In this document: piece after piece, positions 12,001 through 48,541 of the stretch
Numbering within the stretch: position 1 is the stretch's first letter
Layout: each line of letters begins with the position of its first letter
Origin: Chrysomallon squamiferum
Lineage: Eukaryota; Animalia; Mollusca
Assembly: GCA_012295275.1 (NCBI GenBank)
Contig: CM022666.1
Location: 868,001-932,000, forward strand
DNA length: 64,000 bases
Reading direction: 5' to 3'
The notes under the pieces: generated by a model
Databases searched by the model: none
Told to the model about the DNA's origin: nothing
What the model saw: only the letters and a program-made list of their open reading frames with translations
Position numbers and translations under genes: made by a program

Positions 12001-14767
12001 TCAAACTAATTGAGCTATTTTAACAATATTCAAAACATATTTACTTATATATATATACATATGTATATACATACGTACATATAATTTGACTAAACCTCTA
12101 AATGAACAAAATACAAGCCAATGGGTAAGAGATTGGTAAATAATAACCTAATGCTTAACCCCAATTATATATTTAAACATTAGAATCATTTATTTATTAA
12201 TAACAAGACTGTTTCTAGATGCATGTGCACACTTATTTATTGTGTAGTCCAGTTTAGAGTGAATTTAATACAAATGCCACTGGTTTTGCAAACATACAAT
12301 TCAAATAACTTGATAAAAGATGCAAATTGTGTAAGTAGATAAATATTAAAGCTGATTTGTGATGAGTTATATGAGGAGTATGTTTTGCTAATCACATAAA
12401 AAACAAGAGATGTGAAACTAAAAGCAAAACAATTTTCGAATCATAATGTAAATTTTTATTTTTCGTGATATATAATCCAAATCAAATCAAATCCTTTTTT
12501 GTTTCCAACTTCTCTAGTCAGTTTCAGTTTTGTTTTTAAAATTTTGGAAATGTTTTATTTTTGTTTGCAAATTGTTTCAGTTTTGTTTTCAGTGACAAAA
12601 AGTGAATAGTATTATTCATATATGATATGTTAGGAACTAACAAGGCATGAAATGGTGATTTGTAATTAATGACTGACAGTACACTTAGTTGTAACACAAG
12701 GCAAAATACACAAAAACACCAAATAAACATTTCTAACCATACAGAGTTCAAGTAATATTATTCAAAAGACCAGAGAAGAAGTATTCAGAAAACACTGGAA
12801 ATTTATGTTTCTGCAATAGCAAGGACTCTGTAAGATTATTCAAAACATTAGACACTAGCAATCTTTGATAAGCTAATCTATTGATTTTATTCTTTAAGAA
12901 GGCTTATATCAAACTTTAAGAAAATCAATGTCCAATCAGGAATTTTTAGCAGTTCATTTAGTTATTATTACACTGGCATTGTGAAAATATCAACCGATAC
13001 TTTTGGGAACACAGAAGAAGAAGGTTATTTTACTGAAGGAATTTAAAAAAAAAGATTTCAAACCAATTTGTATTGTTGATGTTTCTTTTAAACTGCTGTC
13101 TCTATTTATTTGTTTTGTTATATACCCTGTATTTTCACAACACTGTCACAGATAATGATGCAACCACATAGATAGCCTCAGTATAACAATGTCTGCCCTA
13201 ACTTTACTGCCAGTAACATAATGATTTGTTATTTTATGAAAAGTAGTTAATTAATTATAAACTGAAGAAGGGAGGTACTTAAATCATTCAAGTCTGATGT
13301 TACAATTCAAAACTGTCAAAGAAAGCAATGAACCAAATTTAAATGTAACTAATTAGATATCATTTGACCCAAGACTAATTACTGCAGATCACTGCACTAA
13401 AAATCAGATCTATTTTTAATATTCACACCACACTAGCCCTACAGAGATAAATAAAGCAACAAACACAAAATAATTTTGATATTTATACAATCATAAACAG
13501 TATTTACAAAAAAAAAAGAAAAAAAAAGATATAAACTAAATAAAGTGACCTTCAAAAATTCTTAACAGAATTAATCCCACATTTAGAACAACCAATTTTT
13601 ATCATACAGTTCAATGAAATGTATATTTAAGAGCAAACGTGAAAATGAAGATGAATTACTTTAACATCAAGATGTGCTTTCATTTTCATTCATTTTCAAT
13701 CTGATATTTACTTTTCACCTAATTCAGTAATTTTTTTTAAAACATTCCAAAACAAAAAAAAAGTTAAGAAAATATCAGAACACGATTTTTGTTCTTGAGT
13801 AAAACCAAAATCTGTTGGATGTTTTTTTTATTAGTAGTTTTTTTTTATTTTATTGTCTTCTTCTGCAATTTCAAATAATTCAGTTAATACTTTAAATATC
13901 CCAAAATATAATAATTACGAAAGAATTCAAATACAAAGTCAATGCTATTGTTGAATCAATATAAAGAGGCCTGTTCTTCTGCATTTTCTATTCATCTTAA
14001 ACTTCAAAAATATAAAAATTGTTTTAGAAAATATTCCAGACTAAATTTCAATCATTTATTTATTTTTTTTTTTGATCCAGCCCTGTACCATTTTATTGTT
14101 TAACTTGAAAAACATTTTCCACATTAAATACTAAAATCAGGTACTTACGAGGCTTTCAAAATTTTAACATTCTTATTCTTGTTTTGTTTGTTTTAAATCA
14201 TAAAAGCAACATACAAAATGAATTTAAGGATAAGATATTCCTGAAATAACAGGTAATTACTCCAGGTTAAGAAAATCTATTCGACTTTTCATAATGATAT
14301 TTAATTCAGCACATAATTCAATATCATACCAAACAGACTGAAATACCAATAGTTTTATTAACAAATTAAAACTCAAAATAAGGATTTTTCTAAAAAGATC
14401 AAAGTGATCAAACTACACAGTTGTAATATTCACAATGGAAATCTCACTTTTTGCATAACAAAGCATAATTTATAAACATAATTTGTGATAGTTATTTAAA
14501 AATATAATGGCATATTTATTTCTTCTGTTTAACAAAAATAACATCATGCAATTGTATACACACACTATTCATGCCTGAAACTGAAAACAATGGCATTCAT
14601 TTAAAAAATAACATCCTTTTAAATATATAATTTTTTTTTTTTTTACATCCATATTTGAAGCCAAATCTGCATTCACCAACAAAATGTGACAGGAAAACAC
14701 AAATGTGACTTGTTCAATGACAACACGTGACACAAATGTTTGCAGCCAATCAGAAGCTGTGTTACAT

Positions 14768-26320
<11,553 letters not shown>

Positions 26321-27181
26321 TTTTCTATTGGATAAACATTTTTAGCTGTCTGCTAAATTGTTGAAAGTTGTTGTTAAAACTTTTGCGTATTGACTACGTG
26401 TTTTGTTTTGTTATAACATGCATGCTAAATTTAAAAAAACAACAACAAAAGCACCATAAAGTATCTTGGAGCAACTGACAAAAACATATTCAATAAAAAG
26501 TTGATAAATCCTGATATTAGCAATAATATTATGAAATACCTATAATTGTAACTCAACAAATCACATTCTTATCATAATAACATTAACACTAACAGTCTAA
26601 CATTTCATTTTTGTCTCAGTAATAATGTAAAGAAATCAATTATAGACCCCACTTAAACTGAAATTAGATATAAAGAAATAGGCTGTAATCCATCCAGTTA
26701 CTTTAAAAACTTAGAGTTTTATTAGTATTACTATTACTATTAGTCATTTAGTGTTTAATTATTGTTAAACATTAGAGATCGATTTGTAATTCATTGCACA
26801 TAAATTTAGTTATTATTCAGTTATGTCGATTGATATTACCAGACATTAAGTGTGAAAGGATTAGTACTTAGTAACTGTCAATGCTTGTTTACTGGATTAT
26901 GAACTCAATTTTGACAACGTGATACAGGACATGTTACACATATTAGTTATTATATTTTATTTTATTCCAGATGAAGTTACATAAGTTATAAGCTCACTGA
27001 AGTATGTTAATAATATATGTCGTTTGTTGTTGTTTTTCCTAGAAATACCCTCAGTACAGCATATTTAAAAAAAAAATAAAGAAAGTTAAAATAAGAACTT
27101 TCAGTAAAACGCAACTATTTTCTCTTTATTTTTCAGACAGAAATAAATTTTGATAAAGAAAGTACTTTAACCTAATTAATA

Positions 27182-29420
27182 ATGGATTTACATCGAGAAT
27201 TATATTTTGCTGTTGAAAATGACGACCCAGTAAAACTTGAAGCTTTAATCTCGGATGGGATTAACGTGAATGAAGTTTTTGAAGACACTATGAACATCAG
27301 TACCCAAACCATTCTTCATTTCTGTTGTGTGAAGGGAAGAACACAATGTGCTAAACTTCTGATTGACGCAGGTGCCAACTTGTATGCTAGAGATAACTGG
27401 GGACTGACGCCTCTGGTTCATGCAGTTGGGGTACAAAGTACAGATATTGTCGATCTTCTGCTATCTAAGGATCCTGGAATTGTTGACATACAAGACAACT
27501 ATGGGAAAGCTGCACTTCACTGTGCTGTTGATAATAATTTTGAAGACTGTGTTGAGATGTTGATACGGTATGGTGCTGATGTTAATATTCAGAATGACGA
27601 TGGGGTCACACCTGCGTCTGTTTGTTGTTTGTTACGGGGTGAGGAGTATGACATAACTAATGTCCTGAGAATGTTGATTGAAGCAGGAGCTGATGTGAAC
27701 TTGAAGAATGGTCGAGGCAAACGAACTGCTTTACAGGTAACGAGGGAATACATTAACTAAAATTATTATAATTTTATTTAGCGTCCCTGCTTTGATAAAA
27801 GTCTGTAATATAATAAACATTCAGTAAACATATTAAAATACATTGATTTAAAATTTTATAGATGTATCTATCATTATAGCATTTGAAAACAATTGTTCAA
27901 ACCTATACTAAAATAAAAAACAATTCATGTTTATATATTGAATTATTGTTTCCCTTTATTTTGTTTACACTTTTATTAATTTTATAGTTTCACTGGTACA
28001 TATAAATACATAAAATTATGATAATAAACATGCCTTCTAAAGCTAATTTGAATAAATAATAATCACGTGTGCTCATTTATTACATTTCAGGATAAGATTT
28101 AAGCTTTGACAAAAACGTGACAAAGCAATGCAGAAATATAAACCATTTCTTTTATTTAAGAATGCCTGTCTAACAAAGAAAGTTAAAGCAGTGGAACTTT
28201 TACTCGCTGCTGGTGCTGATCCTAACACACTGGATGCAGGAGGTCGCACACCTCTGACTAACCTCATATGTGAGTGTATCCGAAGTTATCAAACCACGCA
28301 GACCATTGATGTTGATGTGAGCACTATAATGATCATGCTGATCCAGGGAGGTTCAGACATCAACATGATGGCCAGGCCAGAGAGCAACCCACTCATAGCA
28401 GCTGTGACTGTGAAAGCAGAACCGCTTGTTTCGTTTTTTCTTGAAAACGGTGCAGAAACAGATGTCAAATGTAAGATTTTGAGTCAGATTTCTAAATATA
28501 TGTAAATACTTTTTTGAAAAATGTTCAGTTAAATTGTTTCTGCATAAAGGATATTTTGATTGGAAAGATATTATTGTAACTAGTAACTGCTATGAATTAT
28601 TATTTGCAGACCAAAACTGAAGTTTAAGTCAATGATGTTATTTTAAAAAGTAAAATATATTAAAAAATTTAAATGTGGTTTGGGATGAAAATTTGATTCA
28701 ATCTTGTGTCTGTTATGAACTACCAAGTACTGTCACATTTAGCATATGAAATATATACATAAAAAAAAAAATATTAGTTTTAACATATGCATGTTGTATT
28801 AATTAATGCATGTTTGTTTTAAACATTAAATTTAGTAAATGAAGGATTAAGTAATGTACACTAATTCTGTATGAAGTATAATTTCGCATGTATTTCCCAT
28901 AAAAAATGTTTAGATAGACAGATACATACTTCATTGTCTGTTGTAATAAAAATGTGTTTCATTTTCAGTTATCACTGGCATCACACCTCTGCTGGTTGCT
29001 GTAACTAAGAACGACATCTCAATTGTGAAAATTCTTCTTCACTGGAACTGTAATCTCTACATAAAGGGTAGAATCTTCAAACGACGACAGAATATAGAAC
29101 ACATGTTTGATCCATTCGAACTAGCAGTTCTTGAGAGACATCTCGACATAATGCAGCTCTTGTTCTCCGCGGGCTACAAACAAACACAGCTGACAGAAAT
29201 CTTCAGAAGAACAGATCTGCCACCTACTTTTCACGTGGACGAAGATGTTTCTCTCTGGATTAGAGAGCGGGCATCGGCTCCTAGATCTTTGCTTGACCTC
29301 TGCGTTTTTGCAGTTCGAGAAGCACTGCAACGTCGCGTTGTTCTGCACACTGACAAACTGCCACTTCCAACACGAATGAAAGAAATGGTGCTTTTAAAAC
29401 ATCTCTTAAGTCCAGGCTAA
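27182..29420 (+). CDS. Ankyrin repeat and SOCS box-containing protein (~438 aa)
   Basis: Exons 27182-27736, 28161-28470, 28969-29420 in consistent phase (0, 1). Multiple ankyrin repeats (GLTPLVHAV, GKAALHCAV, GRTPLTNL, GITPLLVAV) and C-terminal SOCS box PRSLLDLCVFAVREAL...DKLPLPTRMKEMVL. Specific ASB ortholog not assignable. Confidence 0.92.
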
Positions 29421-32400
29421 AAAGACATAAATGAATACACCTGCCTCGTTCCAAGTGTGCATCCATCCGTTCATGGATTTACAAATAAGCAGGCAACTTT
29501 TAAAAAAAAGTTCCGTCCACCTACCGTTAGACCTTTGTGAGTGAAATGCCAAAAAAACCAACAGATTGAGTGTTCCAAATTTCTGAAGCAGTTTTCTGAA
29601 GAAATGGATGTTTTGTGATATCAAAACAAATTTATGATCCCAAGTGCAATATTCTTTATATTTCAACTTTTATTTTTATATTAAAGATTATCCATATTCA
29701 GCAACAAGCACTTGAGTTTTAATAGTCAGTGTTTACGTTTATGTTTATTTTTTCCTGAGTTTACTGTGGGTATTATTGGTTTTTCTTCAGTATTTTACAT
29801 GGACTAGAATTTTATAGACATTTTGATTGTAACACGTAACATTGTGAAACCAGTATTTTTTATTAACCATTATTTATTTAGGTGTTTTATGCTATTTGAG
29901 GCATGTTTTGTATGTTTTTTTAATTTTTTTTAAAACAGTATATAATGAAACAATGGAGAAATCAATATTTGTGATACCAAGTGCAATATGTTTCATATAT
30001 CTTGTATGTTTAAACCAAAGAGTATTTAATTTAGATAAATTAGATCTGATACAGTTTTAGTAACTTATTTTTATTTATTTACATCTTTGTTTCCTTTTAA
30101 TTTATTGTGTAATAATTTTAGTTAATTGTTTGAATTGTATTGTTTGTTTCAGTTTTATATTTTTTCCTGTAATCATTCTTTTTCAAAATTGGTGCTGTAT
30201 TAAAATAATTTCTTCCCTCACAAAATGTTGCTTGTTTGTAAAGGTCCCTATTTTTAAAAAAAAAACACATTTATTTATAAATAAAGTGCAAAATATCTTT
30301 AGTTTTTATTTCTTTATTGCACAAGCTATTTGCTTTTCAGTTTTGCAGTTACCCCTAAAAATTATTTTCAAAATAAATGGTGGAACAGAAAATTGTATCC
30401 ACTAGCAAAATTAGTCTCAGAAAATAGGAGTGAGTTGTCTTGGCTTAAAATGCAGAATGTAGGTATATGTCTTTAATTTGCATTTGCAAATTGATTTAAT
30501 AAAAAAAACAAAAAAAATTGTTATATTAATTGCCAATTATTTTAATTCATAAATCAATCACTTAATTATTTTGTAATTGCATTTCATTTATTTTTGAAAA
30601 TGGTAATATTAAGGTAACTAAAATAACCTCTTATTGCCCAATTAATAAATTTAAGCTTTTTTAATTTTAATTTTTAACTTTATTTTAATTATTTTTATAA
30701 TTAGTAACATTAAACTATAGAAAGCCTTTTCAACAAAAACAATCCTTTATTGACATTTTTAAAGATGTTTCAGAAATGATCAGTTAGTAATACTGACTAG
30801 GAAAACATTTTTTCTTTATTGCTTAACATTTCTGCTTCTATGATTCTTTTAGAAATCTGGCTTGTTGTTTATTTGTTACAGAGACATCCTCAATCTTCTG
30901 TACATTACACCATTTCTAACTTCAGCCATTTTTCAACTTGTTTATCAAAAGCCATGGTATGTGCTGCTTTTCCCATCTCAAGGATTGTTACAAAATGACA
31001 GATAATTTACAAGATTTTGTAACAAATTAAAATGCAAGTCAAAGTGATTTTAAACAAATTTTCACTGAATAAGAAAAAAATAACAACTCATTAGAATAAT
31101 TTGATTTTTATTTTCAAGTCTAAACAATGCAAAGGATTGCCTTGCAACTATATTATGGACAGCATTAGCAAGACTTATTTTATTAAATATATATATAAAT
31201 GCAATTTTTTATTTTATTTTATAAACTATCTTCTGAAAGAACATAGGAAAGTTTCCACATTTGATGCCGAAACATTTTAAACTTCTAATAATAAAACAGT
31301 GTTTAATAAACACGCATTTCTCATCTGTTGACAGTTTTATATATATATGTATATAAATACATATATATATTTTTTTTTTTGGAATGCTGTCCAGAACTTT
31401 TGAAGTCATTGGACCATTTCACTGGTTAATAACATTAATACCACCCACTACCTTTATTATTATTTTTAATGCAAATTCTAAACCTGCAGAATATCTTAAT
31501 CATATCACAAGTTAAAAATAAAATTCTTCAATAACCTTTTCAAAACTGAACAGGATTTTTATGCTTTATATATTCTGTTCTAAAGTATTATTTAATGGTT
31601 TAAATCTGATGACATTTTTCATAAGGCTTAAACAGTTGTAAATTAATAAATACTATTTTGTGAATTGACACAAAATTTACAACAAACATGAATTGTTAGT
31701 TCATGCTTTATGTCTGAAATGGTCCAATGATAAAGGGAGAATTTTTAAAAACTTTACACAGAATCTCCCAACAACAAGAGTTATGCATAAAAGCTGGTTG
31801 ACAACCCAGTATCCCTCTAGTGAGTAGCCATCCATTACCTATCCTTAAAAATACCTGTACCTTACTCTGCGGTACAGCTAAAAAAAAAAAAAAAATGAAA
31901 ATGCATTGTCCTACCATTACCTCATCTTGAGCAAACAATGACAAAAATTTCTTCTTTTTTTTGTTAATTTTAATTTATACGTGTATATATATGTATGTAT
32001 ATGCAATTTTTTTTTAAAAGATAAAGAACTGTAATATGGCATTCATGTACATTTTTAATATAATTAAAATGCTTGTAAAAGATTTCAAATATTTATTAGC
32101 AGAAATATATAAAAAATATTTTTATTATTTTTATGCACATGCATTGTTCTTTATTAATTCTGAAGGATATTAAATTTTCAAAGATTTTAATTGATTTCAA
32201 AATGACAAAGTGATTTAAAATAATATCTGACACTGCAAACCAATTTAAGAAAAAAAAAAAGATGATATAATTCAAATGAAATGTCATTTTCAAATTTTAC
32301 AAACATTTTATATAATTTTTCAAATGATAATATTTACATGCTGTTTAAAGAATAAAGTTATTAAACATTTCCATGGACTGTAAAATATTTCCAGATATTG

Positions 32401-35400
32401 TATCAAACATTTAACATTTTTCAAGGATAGGTTTTTTCTCCCAATGTATTATGAATACTTTATACAAAATAAGAACAAGAACAATTTATACGTAACATAT
32501 AATGACAGCCAAATATATCAAGTTTATTCCATTATTTTCTCCATTTCATTAAAACCCATCTATAAACATTTTAAAGCTTGGCTATCTTTCTTCTGTACAA
32601 AATGCCAGATTGTTATTACTGTTATTATGTGCTAACAAATATTGCACAGTTTTTTTCAAATACTTGTGGTTTGAATTTTTTAAATATCAACAAAGGACAT
32701 TTAACCAAAGTTTTGTACAGGATGCTGTAATTTACAAACAAGCTTATCAGAGGTTATGTCATGATCCTTGAATTTTTTCAAGTTAAAACAGAGGTTTTTA
32801 AAATAAACTTTCTACTGTGCTCTTTCTTTTACTTGGAATAATATAACAAAAGTAATCATATTAAGAAATCATAACAAATATATCACTATAACTCGAATGA
32901 GCTATAACAAAGAATAGCAATTTATTTAGTATAATTACATTAGAGATATTTTTTCCCCCTTAAACATTAGAAATTGCTGTCAAATTTGGTACAACTGTTT
33001 ACTGCATTAGAGGTACAAGATAAGCATTTTCCAAACATATCACACAGAAAAAACAAACAAAAAACAACCTTGCCCCCAGCAAAATCATAAAAACAGAATG
33101 AAATTCCAGTGCAAGATTGTCATTATTATTTTTTTTAAATTACATTGACAAATGTGCAGTAAATGCATATAGAAGTTTTGAATTTGAAAATCTGAATCAC
33201 TGACTAGCAGCTGGTAAATATACCAATATTTAGTAGTGCAGTAAAGTTTGCATAGGTGTAACAATACACACTTGGAAAAGAGATTTGTACCATAAAAAGA
33301 ATAATACAAGAGATACTGATTTAATCCTTATAGATTTCATCAGCTCAACATCTTATTAAACTTCATCAGTTGATGAAAGCATTAACTGTTATGTGAATAG
33401 AAATGCATTAGCAATACAGAGAATTAAAAAAAAAATATGTGAAAAATGTATTATACATTTTATTCAATAAGTAAGCAATCTTCAGAAAAAGAAAAAAAAC
33501 GACCCAAAATTATCTGGTCTTTGAAATCAGTGCAAAAGCTCTTTGATCTTTTTGGAAGACTCAAGTCACAAAAGAAAACTGCAAACTTAAGTATCTTATT
33601 AAATTGTTTATTATTTTTCTGATTTGATCTGCTTACATACATATGAACTGGTTTAAGCAGTAGTGAGACATAGAAACAAAGCTTTTCTGACAGAAATTCT
33701 ACACGAATTGCCACTGCAGCTGTTCTTGTTTTAATATATATTTTTTTTAATTTTTAAGTATCGGATAAAGATGTATTTGGAAATTACAAGTACCTTGGAA
33801 TATTTTAGTGTAATATCACACTTCTTTATTAGTATCTGCATTTATATATTTTTTTTATGGTAGAAAAACATCCAGCTGTTTTAATTTCCAGTCTGGTAAA
33901 ATTTAATAAAATATCAAAACCATGCCAAATGTAGACTGATTTTCTATATATGTGTTTCTATTTTGTTTGGTAAAGTATAAAAAGGCAACATTCCAAAACA
34001 ATATATTTGGTTAAATTGTGTAAATTTCATTTTATATTTCTTTAGGAATAGAACACTTTCTGGTTTAAAAATAAATAAATAAAATAAAAATATATAGAAT
34101 TATAAATGTTCTTGTTCATCAGTTTTCTTGTGATAATTATTATAAGTTATTTATATATGTGCAATCCAAACCCAGTGAGTTACCTTTGAATTTTAAAATT
34201 TAGTTTTCATTTTTTTTATTATGTTTTTTGTGTTTTTTTAAATAAAACCATAGACAAAACTGGTCAGATTATTTACCTTACTGTATCAGGAGTTATATTA
34301 AATATAAAAACACAAAAACGTCGGTTTACTACACTTTCTTTGAATTTAAAAATCAAATTACAAAAGCAGAAATAAATTATTCAAAAAATCTGAAAATCAC
34401 ACACATGCATCAAACATGTTTTGTTTTTTTTATAGCTAGTTTTCTCTTTATTGAATGTTTACTTATTTTTTTGTTTTTTTTTTCATCTTTAATTTCAACA
34501 TGCTGGTTGACAAGTTGCCGTTTAATAATAATTTACATATTAAAAGCTGATGTTAAAAAAGGAATCTTCTTGCTAATTCTTGTTAACAGAAGTGGGATTT
34601 ATATACACACACATATCATATATATATATACAGATATATATCTACATAACTGGTTAACACACCCAGTGTTTGGAGAAACAAAATTAAAAATGTGCATTTG
34701 AAAAACCAAGTTATCCGTCGCAGTCTGTTTCAACAAACATTAAGCGTCCTATCAAAGAAGGGTTGTTCTGTCACAGTCCTCAAGGAGAAAAATATATTTC
34801 CATATGGTAGGCTTCCTGAGGATTTTTATGTCGCATTTTCAGTAGCAGTTCAAGATGCTAACTAAAAATGTGTTCGACATTCAGTTAGAAAGTAAGCACC
34901 AATCCTCGAGAAAGGAACCATTGGTAAAGGTTTTTTTTTCTTTCTTTCTTTCTTTTTTCTTCTTTCTTCTTTTTAAAAAGGAGAACAGATTTCCATAATG
35001 AAAAGTCTATGTCCATTGAAGTTGTTTACAAAGAAATTCTTTCCAAGTTTTGTCACCACCTTCAGTTGAACCGTGAAGCCAAGAAGAGTTGAGAACAATT
35101 TTGTTTTCTATGTTCAAACTAGGCACTTTTTAAATTTAAATCTTTCTTTTTTTTTTTTTTCTTCTTTTTTTTTTTTTTTTAGAATTTCTTCCTCAGCAAA
35201 GAATTCTCTCCCTCCCATTAGTTCATTCTGTAGAAGCCAGGGACCCCATACTGAATAAAAGCATGTCAGCCAATTTTCCAGTTTGGCTTGTACATTGTCA
35301 ATTGTGTCATTTATTTATTTACGTTTTCTTTAATTTTTTTTTTTTAAATTAAAAATTCAGGTCAACAATGACAATTAAACGCAGTTACCAATTAAGTGGC

Positions 35401-35444
35401 AAGTCAAACGTCAGCACGGGAGCTAAAGATTGTGGAAAAGTCAT

Positions 35445-35506
35445 CAGTTTTGGCTTTATCAAATGCAGCTGCACGAACGGCCACTTGATTTAATAAGGCC
35501 AAACTG
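35445..35506 (-). other. Predicted RNA stem-loop 9 nt downstream of the importin-alpha UGA stop
   Basis: mRNA arms CAGUUUGGCCUUAUUAAAU (35506-35488) and AUUUGAUAAAGCCAAAACUG (35464-35445) give 18 pairs including one U-G, with one C-A mismatch and one bulged A; 23-nt loop region. Confidence 0.75.
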
Positions 35507-35515
35507 TATCCATCG

Positions 35516-44315
<8,800 letters not shown>

Positions 44316-45080
44316 GATTATAATTATTATTTGGTGACGTTAAAAAGTATTTTTTTGTAAATGTTCTACGCAATTTGTTCCTTCTTAAAATGCCGGACTT
44401 CTATGGTTGACGACCTATGTTCCGTTAAAAGACCTCACTTGATTGGCTCGCTGGTGAGACATCTCTAATACTAAAAAGGAAAATTATTAATTATTAAATA
44501 ACATATATTATTTTTATTAGAGCCGGAAATTTATAGAATAGTTAACTAATAAAAGAATAGATACATCGAAATAAAGAAGACAATATTTCTATAAATTACT
44601 ATTAAAAATAAAAACAAGTCTAGTGACTAATATAGAACCAATGAAATCCATCGTTATATCAACTATTTCTCTGAAGAGGTGTCACACAACTGTTTCTTAA
44701 TGTTAAACTTTACAGAAACTTTCAATTAACAGAAACTCGTGATATCTTTTGTCATAGGCGGATTATTTTATTATACATCTATCTGAAACAGTATTTAAAA
44801 ACTCCCAAAACAAAATAAGAACACATAATGAAGTGTATACAAATGGAATTTAAAAATCACAAATATTCAAAATATAAATCAGAGAAGTTCGTCTTTTTTC
44901 TTTTAAATCAGATTTTATTCACATTAAACAATCAAGCAATAAATAATGATTAACAAAATAATTATCTATTCATGAAATCGATAAACGATTGAATAAATAT
45001 TTATAAAATGTTAAAACTATATAAGTTATAGTGAAAAAAAAGAAAATGAATTTCGTTATATTAGTATTAATGCACCTGTC

Positions 45081-45148
<68 letters not shown>
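45081..45148. repeat. (GA)n microsatellite; paralogous copy at 51440-51515 marks the EBPL duplication unit
   Basis: Both arrays share flanks TTAGTATTAMTGCACSTGTCA and TATGTAMAGTAAAAT. Confidence 0.9.
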
Positions 45149-45151
<3 letters not shown>

Positions 45152-45539
45152 TATATGTACAGTAAAATTATTATTAAATAAATAATGTATTAGACTAACA
45201 TTCCTAGACATTATTTCAGGCCATATCGTTACAAATGGTTGATTCCGTCTGCTTCATCACGCATGACTTGAAAGCTATAATCTTATTGGTAAAGCAGTAT
45301 TGTATTAATTATTACAGCATCGTGTGTAACTTGGTGTCTTTAATATATAATATTAAGGATTAAATCAAAATAACCTTGATCAACACAACTGCGGTATATA
45401 ACTCGGCCTGTTCAGAATTTTTTTGTATGAACGTAGATATCTGCTCGCATGTTTAGGTTGTGAAATATATATATATATGACAGACAATTATTGTATAACA
45501 TTATAGACAATAATATCGTAGTTATATTGTAGATAATTG

Positions 45540-46560
45540 GCCCAAACGTCTTTCTCCATCTCCAGATTTTCTCTCTTCTCGTTTGAACTCTCCTTCACCA
45601 CAGATAGCATCTCACATCCCTGACCAATACTGGCAAACCATTACTGTCGTGGGTTCTTGAGAAAGCACTCGTGACAGTGTTTACCATATATTAATGTCCC
45701 AAGTGTTGTGAAGGAATTTCCCAAGTACTTTATGTCTTAATCTATTACACTTATCTTGTTTGGAATCCCAAGTGATTAGGTCTCGATATGACACTCAAAG
45801 CAATATTTACATTTTTAACTGCCTGTTCTTAATGGTTCACTAAGTCTGATCAAAACATTTTCATTTGATAATGTAGATGGACAAATTTTCTCATATTCGA
45901 CCTGCTCGATAGTGATTGCTTGCAGGTTATATGGGTTTTGATTCTTACCTTTTGTTGCAGGCTAAGACCGTTTCAACGTGCCCCCTGGCAGGTTTCATGC
46001 AAGGTGGTGCTACTCTGTTTACCGAAAGCTGATTTGGATCATCGTCCTTGCTACATCAAACGCAATAGAGTTCTCATTTCTTGCATTGTCTGACTGGTGT
46101 TCAAGCTCCTCTCAGATCGTCTTTCTGGTTGTATGTAACATGACTCTCATCACTGACCTATTCACCATTCTGATGTCTTTGTCATCTTGCAGAGGACAAA
46201 CTTTGTATATCTTTCCATCTTGATCCAGCATTTCTTTGACTCTGTACATTTGACTTCTCCAGTGATTTTGAATCTTGTTCAGGCTATGGATATTTCTGTT
46301 CCTGAGATGTAGAAGAGAATTAATGTTTATCTAGTTATCTCTAAGCGCTTCATCATGGCGAGCCTTCCTCGCCTCATTCTCAGTTCTGGTATCCTCCTCT
46401 GCTTTTTTATAGGCATAACTTAGCTTCTCTTGATGCTACTGGTGGTAATGTCTCAAGCTACTCGCCGTTGCCTCCGTCCAGAAGAACAGTCGATTGGAAG
46501 CTGAGCGTCTCTTTTGTTGACTAATTGTTTGATCTCTCCCCAGTTTACAGAATTGTTAAC
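45540..46560. mobile_element. Probable degenerate retroelement/TE fragment upstream of EBPL copy 1 only
   Basis: ~1 kb of more GC-rich, complex sequence absent from the paralogous position upstream of copy 2; minus-strand fragment IKYLG (~45718-45735) resembles a non-LTR RT motif; no intact ORF. Confidence 0.35.
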
Positions 46561-46816
46561 TTATTGTTAACCCAGTTTACAGATTTTGAAGTGTGCAGTG
46601 CTATAATTGTTGCCTGTTGCTACCATTAAACAAATGTTGAATTTGCATAATTTATATTTGTAACTGTTGTAATTTGTAATAAATAAACATGCATACTATG
46701 TAATGACTATAATAATAATAATAATTTAAGAAACAACAACAACAAAAAATCGTTTTGAAATGTTTTATGGTAAAGAGCTCTAACCGAGAGGGAGGAATTT
46801 ATGAATAGAAGATAAT

Positions 46817-46851
<35 letters not shown>

Positions 46852-47101
46852 GACAAACACTGCGATTATGTATATTCGTTTTTATGCACAGCTGTAAACA
46901 GTTATTACGTGAATGGATGAGGACTACTGAAAATCACTGTATAATTATTTTATGCCTTCGTAAAAATATTGTCAGTAATGAAGCCTCGCAAAACAACGCG
47001 AGATCAGATACAAAATCAGCTGATTTTACTGCTGTCAGTGTCAGATGTTCGTAACCCCGGCGTTCAAGCAACTAAGAGAAGTTTGTTAGTTTGGTTAACC
47101 T

Positions 47102-48541
<1,440 letters not shown>

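Noticed and set aside
35404-35450. SECIS element making the KPNA UGA a selenocysteine codon
   Set aside because: An AUGA...AA...GA spacing exists but helix II does not base-pair; the observed hairpin lacks the SECIS GA quartet.
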